Below, in pieces: positions 23,639 to 36,300 of a DNA stretch of 64,000 nucleotides. The DNA is from Octopus sinensis (taxonomy: Eukaryota): NCBI RefSeq assembly GCF_006345805.1, contig NW_021832828.1, positions 82,276-146,275 on the forward strand, read 5' to 3'. The notes beneath the pieces were generated by a model. The model was not told the origin of the DNA. It did not search any database and saw only the letters and a list, made by a program, of their open reading frames with translations. Both the position numbers and the translations under genes were made by a program. Position 1 is the stretch's first letter. Each line of letters opens with the position of its first letter.

Positions 23639-25565
23639 GAGTGGCTGTGTGGTAAGTAGCATGTTTACCAACCACATGGTTCCGGGTTCAGTCCCACTGC
23701 GTGGCACCTTGGGCAAGTGTCTTCTACTATAGCTTCGGGCTGACCAAAGCCCTGTGAGTGGATTTGGTAGACGGAAACTGAAAGAAGCCCGTTGTATATA
23801 TGTATGTATATATATGTATGTGTGTGTGTGTCTGTGTTTGTCCCCCAACATCACTTAACAACCGATGCTGGTGTGTTTATGTCCCCGTTACTTAGCGGTT
23901 TGGCAAAGAGACCAATAGAATAAGTACTGGGCTTACAAAAGAATAAGACCCGGGGTCGAGTTGCTCGATTAAAGGCGGTGCTCCAGCATGGCCGCAGTCA
24001 AATGACTGAAACAAGTAAAAGAGTAAAACATGTGTTTGTGTGTGTGTTTATGTGTGTGTATATATATATATATATGTGTGTGTGTGTCTGTGCCCCACCA
24101 CTGTTTGACAACTGGTGTTGGTGTGTTTATGTCCCTGTGGTTCGGTAAAAGAAACCAATAGAATAAGTACTAGGCTTAATGGAAAAATAAGTCCTGGGAT
24201 TGATTCATTTTACAAAAAATTCTTCAAGGCAGTGCTCCAGCATGGCCATGGTCTAATGACTGAAGCAAGGTAAAAGGTTAAAAGATGATTGTAGACACCA
24301 GTATGGTCGTGTCGTTTAGCAGTTTGCATCACAACTGCATGGTACATGGTGCATGTATCTTCTACTGGACCTCTAGGCTAACTAATTGCTTTGTGAGTGA
24401 ATTTGTTTGCTGGAAAAGTGTGCAGGAGCCTTGTGAACGTGTGTGTGTGTATGTATGTGTCTTTGCATTGCTCTGTGTCACTCAACGACCAGTGTTGGTC
24501 TGTTGATGTTTCTCTTTTATAAAAAAAAATATAAAAAAATGAGGCTCACAGAATAAATACTAGAGTTGAAATAAGTACTGTGGTTGATTTGTTTGACTAA
24601 ATCCTTCAAGATGGAACTTCAGCTTGGCACATGCAGCCTTTAATGTCTGAAACAAGTAAAAAAAAAGAAATCAGATGTGTTTATGTATTTATTCATGGAT
24701 TAGCTCACAGGAAATGACATTACTCACTATCTCTATAGGCATTCTGAGACTTTTTAAGGATATAGTTTATGTTTAGTTGGACACTGGTCAGGTCGGTTTG
24801 GAAGAAGATGATTGGTGCTGTGGAGGGTGGAAGATAAGGGAGGTGACATAGTATAGGTGCTTAGAGGAGAAAACAGGTGTGAGCTTGAAGTAGAGAAAAT
24901 TTGAGAAGATGAAATATGATTTTTATCTAATATTTGATTAAGTAAAATAGTTACTGAAAGCTGGTGTGAAATTCTTAGAAAGCTGTTCCATTTTAATGAT
25001 GGAAGAAGCTGGCAGAATTGTTTGCACACTGGGCAAAATGCTTAGTGGTATTTTGTCTGTCTGTATGTTTTCAGTTCAAATTATGCTGCGGTCGACTTTG
25101 CCTTTCATCCTTTTGGGGTTGATGAAATAATTACCAGCTGATCACTGGGGTTGATGTAGTTGGCTTACTCCCTTCCCTGAAATTTCTAGCCTTTTGCCAA
25201 AATTTTAAACCAATTGTGGAAGGACACAGATATGTCTAAATTTCTTCTCACAGGCACCAAAGAATAGATTTCAAAGCATATAACCAATGGAGCCTGTCTG
25301 TAACCTGACTGCCCTAAAATATTTCCGTATTGCTTTGATGTAGTCTAAAAATATCTTAGTGTTTCTTCTTTGAAGCTATGAAGAATTGTTTCGCTCCAGT
25401 TGTTGTATAGCTTTTGTTATCTAACTTTATCTACAAGAGAAGGTGCCTCTCAGTCTAGCTGTTTATATTAAAACAGTCCACAAACATTATAATTTCTCTT
25501 TACTCATATCTGTCCCAATGTAAATGTGATGTTACATTTATATATATATATGCATTTGTGTATGA

Positions 25566-25613
<48 letters not shown>

Positions 25614-28600
25614 GTGTGTGTGTGTGTGTGTGTGTGAGTATACATGTAGGTAAAATAGCACTTATGGAATGAGGAGATTAACAGATGGACAGTTGGACAG
25701 CATGACAAGTTACAACTGGTAAATGTAAATTCTAAAGGTGGTGGAAAAATGTAAACCTACAAAAAAATAATATAAGAAGTTGTATGCCTAATAAAAGGAA
25801 AGAAGTAGATGGACGTTTTTGATGAATAAACAAGAAAAGAAAAGTAAAAAATACCTGCTTAAAGCATGTATGTATCTTTTGATGACATGTGCTTTAAACA
25901 GGTATTGTTGTGGTAGCCTGTCCTTGCTATGCTATGTTAATATTCTTGGAACAGTCTGGAAGGGTAAAAATTTTGGCTTTTTTCCATTCTTGAAGTCAAA
26001 GTATCTAATCACTCGTTTAGAAAATATTGGAGGTTACAAGATATATGGAAAAAAAAAATACTTAGAAAATATTTTGTGTACTGTTTTTGACTATCCTTTT
26101 CAGTTTTTTCGCTTGAACTGACTTTTGACATAGCTAGCTAGTTCATGTATTTAGGAACAGGCCATAGCTGTCTTGTGGTCATGTTTGTACATCCACTTAT
26201 TGAGATGATACACACACACACGCTTGAAGTTGAATCATTCTTGATGTTACTCAGAACAAACGAAACAAACTTCTAAGTTCAAGTCTCACTGAGGGTTGAA
26301 TTTAGAATGTAAAGAGCTGTAACCAATACTGCAAGGTATTTTGTGTGACAGTTGAACAGTTCTGCTAATCCCCTAAGCCTCAAATTTGAGGAATGGGTAT
26401 GTTTGGTTGTATTGACTCCAGTACCCAACTGGTTTTTATCATCCCTCCTCGAATTGGCTAAAGTCAAAGTTGATTTTGGCAGGATTTGAACTCAGAATGT
26501 AAAGGTACACAACTGAATACTGAAAAGCATTATATCCAAAACTCTACCGATTCTGAGAATCCACTGCTCTAATAATAAAAATGAAGACAATGATAATAGT
26601 AATTCTTTCTTCTATAGGCTTATGGTCTGAAATTTTGGAGTGAAGGGGCCAGTTGCTTACGTTGACCTTAGAGCATGATTTGTACCTATTTTATTGACCT
26701 CATAAGTATGAAAGGCAAAGTTGACCTCTGGACTTAAAATATAAAGAGCATTGTGTTTGACTTGCCAATGATTCTACCAGTTTGCAGTTCACTACCTTAT
26801 TAATAATAGTAAGAAAGTAAAGTTCCTTCCCAAGTCATATAGACTCACAGGGTTGGCTTCCTGGTTTCCCACCTGGATGAGATACCCGTGCATTGCAGGA
26901 TTACTTATTTTTGCCAGGTCAAGAACACAACACATGACTTGGTCCAGGAATAAAAAGCCACAATCTTGTGATCATGCGTCCAACACCCTAACCACCAAGC
27001 CATGTGCCTCCACTCTTGATAATAATAATAATAATAATAATAATAATAGGGTGATCATTATCAGAATTAATAGAGTTTTGGACTAAAATGTCTCACTGTC
27101 TTTAGTTCCAGCCATTCTAACTTTAAATCTTAGTGAAGTCAAGTTTGCCCTCATTCCACAGTTGTTAAAATAGGTACCAATCAGGTACTGGAGTCAATGA
27201 AATTGTCTAAACCCTTCAATGTTCTTTTCCCAGTTGTTCACATCATTTTTTTTGTTTTAGTAAGGATGCTTGGTTATGTATTTCATTTTATCTTGGCTCT
27301 TTGGGACACTTTTCTCCATACTGTTTATTTGTCAAAAGTTCTTTTGAATTTTTTGTTTCCTTCTTGTGTGCCTCCCCTTTAACCCTTCTATTGAAGACAA
27401 CCTCCTGCATGAACTCTATTCCATTTTTTGGGGGGATTAGACTTGGAGATGTATTAGGTCAACAGAGTTCAAACGGTTCAGCTTGTGATGTTTGTTGTAA
27501 TGATTTACTTGTGACAACACATTCATAATAACTACAGCTGTCATCACCAGTCTTATATATCTTTCTTGAAAACAAACATTCCATAAAAACTAGTTTTACA
27601 TTATTCATTTCAAAAAAAAAAAAAGAAAAGAAAGAAAATTAAATTCTAGAACATTCTTGTATTTCCTGTTGTGTTTGCTTGGCTATATATTTTAATTTTC
27701 TTTTAATTCTTTTTTTAACTTCCTGTTCTGGATCTTGTGTTCTTGCTCCTACTTCTTTCTTCTTGATACCAGAGAACAAGATTAGTAGTAGCAGTTGCCA
27801 TGGTAGTGGTGCTAGTGACAGAAGAATGGATAGTTTGGTTGTTTTAGCACCACACAGTGTCAAAATAACTATTAGATGTATACACCCCCTTGTTTTAGCA
27901 TCATGGTGTGTCGAAATAGCTGTTAGGTGATAGAATGCCATATTTATTATATGGCCTTTATAGTCATTACTTGTAATTCAGCTTTTAAATAAGTAGCCCT
28001 GAGTGTTGAACTTGTGTTTGTTTGCTGGAAGAAAGAATTGAACCAGAATACAAACTGAAACTTTTGTTATTCTTGCTGTTTGATACATAGGATCTGCATG
28101 ATCCATCTAGCAGATCTCTCTAATCAAAATGGTTTCTAGATGTGAACATGTCATTCTTTTCACTCAGACACTGAATATCTAAAACACTATCAACAAATCC
28201 TTTTTTTTTAATTTTCAGTAGGGTGTGGTTCTTTGTAAGTCAAGTGACTTTAGAGAGCGTCTTTTATTTTATTGTTTCAGTGTTTTGAAAACCAAGCTGT
28301 TATCTTATAAGATGCTGTTTAGTTTCTGTTGTTGGCACTTCTATTTAGATAATTACTTTATTGTGAGGTTTTGTTCAATTACATGAAATTTCATTGCCAA
28401 TGTCCTACGTTTCTATTTCTCAGTGCCTTGGGAAGGGCTATGGGGAGTCAACTTCGAAAGCAGATTGAGTGGAATATGTCAAGCAGTCTGGTGCCCTGTT
28501 TGACACTCTTCCAGCAATTCCAGGATAGGTGAAGCTCTCTAGTCCTGTGAAGCAATGCACCAAGGAGAAGGCCACTCCAGCTTCCTGGTCACTACAGCTG

Positions 28601-31600
28601 TCTTAACCTGTTGAGTGACTGTGGTCAGACCCACAAGTCTAAAGGATGGGGGTCAGATTGCATAGGTTCACTCACACTTTAACCTTTTAACATTTAAATC
28701 AGCCATATCTGTCCCAAATATTCTGTCTGTTTTATGTTGGAACTGGCTATATTTCAGTCTCTCACACCTACCATATAATGTCATTTTAAAAATAAATAAT
28801 TACATCATTGAAATTTCAACACAAAAGATAATGCAAATAAATAAGCATTTACATTGAACAAAATAATCCAAATGTTAAAGGGTTAAAACTACTAAGTGCA
28901 GGCAGGAAAACCTCTGCAGTATCAAGGATCAGTTTGCATAGCCACATGAAAGAGTGCCACTCTTTCATGTGGTCTTCAGTCATGATGAAATTGCCATCAT
29001 GTTTCTGTTTGTTACAATCTGTTTTGTTGTTGAGTATCAAAAATAGAGGCATTTTATCTGGTAGTGATGTGACCCTCTGAGTGTTCTCATTAAATTTGCT
29101 GAGTTAATTGCCCCAACATTATGTAATATCCGTTGTTAGTCTCACACCTGACAAAGAAAGAGGTGAAGGTTCAATTCTGGAGGGATGGCTGCTGATTATA
29201 CCAATTGTGCTGGTGTCACATAAAAAGCACCCAACACAGTCTGTAAAACGGTTGGTGTTAGGAAGGGCATCCAGCTGTAGAAACCAAGCCAAAACAGACT
29301 AAAGAACCTGGCGTGGACCCAGCTATTTAACCCATGTCAGCATGGAAAATGGATGTTAAATGCCAATGAATGATGATGATGTAATCTTTCTATTTTTGGC
29401 ACCAGGCTAACAATTTTGAGGGTAAGGCGCAAGTCAATTACATTGACCATTCCCACTTCCCTGGACAATTGACTGGTACTTAATTTTTTTTGACTCCATA
29501 AAGATGAAAGGCAAAGTTCTCTGTGGCAGTATTTGAAATCAACTATAAAGAGCTGGAAGAAATGAAGCATTTTGTTCGACATGCAAACAGTTCTACCAAC
29601 TTGTTAACTGACAGTAAAACACAAGCAAGTATTTGACAACTTCTCATCCTTCCTTGAGAGTATATTACCTTGAACATACACATCTTGAATATTCAAGAGA
29701 CATCTTTAGGTCTAGTTATTGTGGCTTTGCAAGGACAAGTTTTTTTTATTTCTATCTGTAAAATACACGTGAAAAGTTTATGAAAAATTCACGTTGTTTC
29801 TGATGTAATTTTGTTTATGGCAACTGTCAGAAATTTTGGTTAGATTGTTGGAACTCTGCATTTCTGAAATTCCATCCCTGAAACACAAATATGCCACATT
29901 TTTATATATATATATATTAAACTGAATTTTGAAGCTAGTTTTAGGGTAGCTACTGGACATGACTGACAGATTTATTGTAAAGTTTGTGTCGACTGAGACT
30001 TTACTATAAGAAAAAGTGTACATATGTGTATGTGTGTGTATTTATATATATATATACTGGACACTTCTGACAACTGGACGCTTCTAAGGGACAACCTGCT
30101 GAAAGCTACTGACCAGATCTGTGGCTGGTGCAAAGTCCCCTCAAGACCCAAAATAACATGGTGGTGGAACAATATTGTTGACAGGGCTATTAGACAAAAG
30201 AAACAGGCTTGGAAGGACTGGAAGAACGGTGGTAGCAGGGAAGTGTATCAGACTGCCAGAAGGGAAGCTAGGAGGCAGGTGTATTTAGCCAGAGGGGAAG
30301 CAGATAAGAAAAAACTTGCCAATGTTCTGCGCTGTGAGGATGAAAGACTTGAGGTATTTCGTGTTGCAAGACAGTGTGTGAGAGAGAATCATGACGTGGT
30401 AGGAGAGAAATGTGTTCGCAAGGATGTCGGTTCACTTGCGCTAAATGAGGATGCAAAGAGAGAGGTTTGGAGACGCCACTATGAAAGGTTGCTGAATGAG
30501 GAAAATGAATGGGATAAAGAGAGTCTGCCGAATGTCGACCCAACAGAGGGACCAGCAATCCGAGTTAACAGTTCCTTAGTAGTTAAGGCAATTACAAGCA
30601 TGAAAACAGGGAAAGCCCCAGGCCCATCAGGAATTACTGCAGAGATGCTCAAAATATCTGGTAGTGTCGGCTATAGCCTAGTCACCCGTATAGTTAACCA
30701 GGTGATACACGAAGGAGTCATACCCAATGACTGGTGTAGCAGCATAATAGTCAACTGCTACAAAGGTAAAGGTGACGCCCTAGATACAAATAATTACAGG
30801 GGTATCAAGCTGCTGGATCAGGTAATGAAGGTTACGGAGAGGGTTATAGCCCAACTAATTAGAGAGAGAGTTAGCTTAGACGAGATGCAGTTTGGGTTCG
30901 TGCCAGGGAAAAGTACTACTGATGCTATATTCCTGGTAAGACAGCTGCAGGAGAAATACCTAGCCAAAGATAAGCCCCTGTACCTGGCTTTTGTTGACAT
31001 GGAGAAAGCCTTCGACAGGGTCCCCCAATCCCTTATCTGGTGGTCAATGAGGAAACTAGGGATAGATGAATGGTTAGTGAGAGCTGTGTGAGCCATGTAC
31101 AGAGACGCTGCTAGTAAGGTGAGGGTTGGCAACGAGTACAGTGAAGAATTCCGGGTAGAGGTTGGCGTCCACCAAGGTTCAGTCCTCAGTCCCCTCCTAT
31201 TTATCATAGTCCTCCAGGCAATAACGGAGGAATTCAAGACAAGATGCCCCTGGGAGCTCCTCTATGCTGATGACCTTGCTCTAATTGCTGAGTCACTATC
31301 AGAACTGGAGAAGTTTCAGGTGTGGAATCAAGGTTTAGAATCGAAGGGCCTTAGAATCAACCTAGCCAAAACCAAAGTCCTAATAAGTAGGAAGGTAGAC
31401 CAATCACAAACGCCTTCAGGTAGATGGCCCTGCTCGATCTGTAAATAAGGCGTAGGTAGAAACTCTATAAGGTGCACCAAGTGTAAGCTATGGACACATA
31501 AGAGGTGTAGCAATGTCAAAGGAAGGCTAACTAGGAAAATAGTTTTTGTCTGTGGCAGATACTCAGGAGCAATAAACACTGAAAATGTGCAGAGACCAAC

Positions 31601-33283
31601 TTCTACCACGTTCCAGGGAGAAAAACTAGAAGTAGTTGATAGCTTCCGCTACCTAGGTGACCAAGTCAGTAGTGGGGGTGGGTGTGCTGAAAGTGTAACT
31701 GCTAGAGTAAGGATAGCCTGGGCAAAGTTTAGAGAGCTCTTACCCCTGCTGGTGACAAAAGGCCTCTCGCTCAGAGTAAAAGGCAGACTGTATGATGCAT
31801 GTGTACGTACAGCCATGCTACATGGTAGTGAAACATGGGCTGTGACTGCTGAGGATATGCGTAAGCTCGCAAGAAATGAAGCCAGTATGCTCCGATGGAT
31901 GTGTAATGTCAGTGTTCATAATCGACAGAGTGTAAATACCTTGAGAGAAAAGTTGGACCTAAGAAGCATCAGTTTTGGTGTGCAAGAGAGACGTTTGCGC
32001 TGGTATGGTCATGTGACGAGAATAGCTGAAGATAGTTGTGTGCAAAAGTGCCACACCCTAGCAGTTGACGGAACCTGTGGACGAGGTGGTGAAGCACGAC
32101 CTTCGAACTCTAGATCTCACCAGAGAAATGACTAGAGACCGAGACCTATGGAAGTATGCTGTGCACGAGAAGACCCGGCAAGACTAGTGAGACCATAACC
32201 CGTGGCCTCTACCTGGTATGTAGCCAGTTGACTTATACATACCTTTCCTTCTTGGGACACAAAACTCCACTTGTGAAGACCCGTTGAGGCAAGTGAAAAT
32301 CAAAATCGAAATCAAACAAATCAAATCAGATATCAGAAAGCAGAACCAAAATCGAAGTCGATCAACATCAATGGAAATTGCAGCTGTGATACCAGTGCCG
32401 GTGACAAGTAAGCGAACCATCCGATTGTGGCCGTTGCCAGCTCCGCCCCGACTGGCCTCCGTGCCAGTGGCATGTAAAAAGCACCATCCGTTTGTAGCCG
32501 TTGCCAGCCTCGCCTGGCCCCCGTGCCGGTGGCACGTAAAAAGCACCATTCGTTCGTGGCCGTTGCCAGCCCCGCCTGGCCCCCGTGCCGGTGGCACGTA
32601 AAAAGCACCATCCAATCATGGCTGTTGCCAGCCTCGCCTGGCCCCCGTGCCGGTGGCACGTAAAAAGCACCATCCGTCCGTGGCCGTTTGCCAGCTCCGT
32701 CTGGCACCTGTGCGGGCAGCACGTAAAAAGCACCCACTACACTCACGGAGTGGTTGGCGTTAGGAAGGGCATCCAGCCATAGAAACACTGCCAGATCAGA
32801 CTGGGCCTGATGCAGCCTTCTGGCTTCACAGACCCCAGTTGAACCGTCCAACCCATGCTAGCATGGAAAGCGGACGCTAAATGATGATGATGATGATATA
32901 GTAATATGTAAAGGTAAGATTCAAGGATCAATGTGTAGGAAATTAGTAAGCTTCAAGCAGTTTGTACAAAGTATAAAAAAATAACTTTCAGGAACAATAA
33001 TGGTTTATTGACGTAGAAGGTTGTAAATTTTTTCCCATATTGGAGTTTGATAAGCTGAAAAAAATTAATTTTATAGTTTACGGTTAGCAACTGGGGTTGC
33101 TGTGTATGCAAATAAAAATCCAAAATTTGGGAATGGAGTAGATAAAATCCAGGCTACATATGTTTCATAGCTAGCAGAACCTTGAAAGTAGTTATTACCC
33201 AAACAATGGGTAATCCACTAGCTGCTCATCGAGCCAAAGATATATATCATGGGTAGAAGTTATGAAGTGACTCAAGGGTTGAG

Positions 33284-33328
<45 letters not shown>

Positions 33329-36300
33329 CGAGGGGTGTATGAAAATTCTAGAGCCTCAAAAAAAAAAGAAAACAAGGCACAAGACTTCAAGGCTCGGATC
33401 TTTTCCTTTTGAACGGCAGTTTTCAACACAATTTCTAGTAAACTAAACACTTTTAAACTTCGTATACTGGTAGAATGTGTCAAAATAAAACATTTTTTCT
33501 CTTGGCTTTCTTGAGAAAATTGTAATTTGTAAGTTTAATGTAGTTTAATTTTTCGAATTTTAACCAATCCTATGCCCTCTATTTAGCTAAAATCATTTGC
33601 TGTGTCTAAAACAGACAACATCCTGTCCCTAACCTAAATTTTAGCTTTTCGTTTTCTTTTCTTAATTGTTAAATTAATTTAATTGTTACACGTGTGTCTA
33701 AAATTATTCGTTTTGTTTTTGTTTTGAGTTTTTGCTTTCGTTTTTTTTTTCCATTGTTAAATTAAAATTATTTTCCATTGCTTTCGTTTTAGTCTTTCGT
33801 TTTTTTTCTTAATTGTTATCCTTAAATTAATTTAACAATTAAGAAAAAAAACATGAAAGGCTAAAATTTAGGGTTAGGGTTAGTGACAGGATGTTGTCTG
33901 TTTTAGACACAGCAAATGATTTTAGCTAAATAGAGGGCATAGGATTGGTTAAAATTCGTAAAATTAAACTATGTTAAACTTACAAATTACAATTTTCTCA
34001 AGAAAGCCAAGAGAAAAAAATGTTTTATTTTGACACATTCTACCAGTATACGAAGTTTAAAAGTGTTTAGTTTACTAGAAATTGTGTTGAAAACTGCCGT
34101 TCAAAAGGAAAAGATCCCAAGGCTCAAAACATTTCATACATCCCGGTGCAGCCTCCTGGCTTCCCAGACCCTGGTCAAACTGTCGAACCCATGCTAGTAT
34201 GGAAAACAGACATTAAGTGATGATGATATATATATTACTATAAATGGAGAATTTTAATTTGCTTGGCTAGAGTTATTGTCTGTCCAGAAAACTACTGCTG
34301 CATTTTAGCCCCAGGCCAGCTCTCATTTAGACCTGTGGTTCGATCAAAAGTACTCAATACATGACCATGCTGTCTTTTTTCTACCAGCAACAGTGTACTC
34401 TAGATAACATTATGCGATACTTGCTTCTTTTTAAGTGTGATATGAGGGAAATAGATTGTTATTTCTGCCAGGCCTTGTAACAATATAACGGTTCCATTGT
34501 TATTGCTATTGTATGACATAAAGTGGATTGGTAGCAGTGATGAAAATGGGTATTAAGGAACTAAGGGTACACTAAGATCCCAGGGGCTGAGGTTATATGT
34601 GACTAGTTTACTATAAGTTACTCTACATCATGAACTGAAAAAGTTGGCGAATGCCATAGTCTTGTATTTCTTCCCACTGTTTCCATTCTTGATTGGTGGG
34701 TACTACAGTCACTCTGGTTATTGCTTATCTTAATATTCTAGTACATCAACGTATTATATCTAATATATTGAATCCATTGTCAGCTGTTTTTCTAAATACT
34801 GGTGAAAAGTTATGGTCAAGCTGAAAAACAATTGCAGACTATTTTCTTACAAAACAAAAACAAAAAGAAACATTGTATTATGAAGTCTTAGATATACAAA
34901 ATGGTGGAATGGTTATGGATAAAATACCTGTGATTATATAAGCCTGCTTGGTCAGGGCTGACTTGGGGTTAAACAGCAATCACAATTTATTGTTCCTTCA
35001 GCTCCCTTTTGCCAGAATCTTACCATTTTAGTTTATTAATTAAATTTGTTTCTTTCAGTATTTTTTTTAAAAATAATTTTGTAATTTGAAAGAAATATGG
35101 CAATTTTTTTTCTTTTCTACATTTACACTTTTTCTTCCTTTGCTTCTTTTTTTCTTTCCTGTGAAGGACTACCATCTGAAATGTTAAGACACTTTTGTTT
35201 CAACTTCCTTAAACTAATACCATTTTTTGTGAAATTTTGAGCTTCCTTTGTTGTTCTTTTTAATGTTTACTCCCTGTGTGTGTGTGTGTGTGTGTGTATA
35301 TATAGGTACAGATGTGACCATGTGGTTTAGAAGATTGGTTTGGAACCACATGGTTTAGCATTTGTTCCCATGTGGAAGCACATAGCCTAGTGGTTAGAGC
35401 AGCGGACTCACGGTCGAGGGATCGCGGTTTCGAATCTCAGACCGGGCGATGTGTGTGTTTATGAGCGAAACACCTAAGCTCCACGCAGCTCCGGCAGAAG
35501 GTAATGGCGAAACTTCCGCTGATTCTTTCGCCACAACTTTCTCTCACTCTTTCCTTCTGCATCTTGCAGCACACTTGCGATGGACCGGTGTCTCGTCCAG
35601 GTGGGGAACCTATATGCCAAGAAACTGGGAAACCAGCCCTTATGAGCCAGGCATGGCTTGAGAAGGAACAAACAAAAAACAAACAATTTGTTCCCATTAC
35701 TTTGCATTGTCAGTTGGGTACCTTCTATGTCCACAGGCAGTCCAATGCCTTGTGTTTGAATTGGCAGACAGAAACTGTTAGAAGTCTCTCATATGTGTTT
35801 GTGTCTTCACTATGTCTTGACATTGCATGGTGATTGAAACAAACTCACTGTTAATGCAATGTTACTGTTTACAGTTTGCCATGAGGACATGCCCAACCAT
35901 TTAGCTGTTCATTGATTGATAGTTTAAAGCAGTGGTTCTCAACTGGAGTCCACATAAGATTATGTGGGGGTACTCATATACAAAATTACATAGTAAATTG
36001 GGGCCACAATTATTATTTTAAGAGTTCATAAAAAAATTTTGCTATAGATGTATTTATTGACAAGTGAATATGTGATGAGTAAAATAGTAATTTGAAAAGA
36101 AGTACCTATAAAATCAGTTTTTAAACTTTGAATAGCTAGGGAGAAGGTCTACCAGAATAAAATAGTAATGAAAAGGGTCCTTAAATAAAAGAAAATGGTT
36201 GAGAACCACTGGTTTAGAGAAAATGGCATGTAACCTTGTGGTTTGGTATTTGACTCATGATCTTAAGGTTGTGATTTCAATTCCTGGTGGTGCATTGTGT

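Noticed and set aside
35374-35445. tRNA gene
   Set aside because: A and B boxes are present but there is no complete cloverleaf, and it continues into a SINE body with tail and TSD. The same applies to other SINE heads such as 22560.
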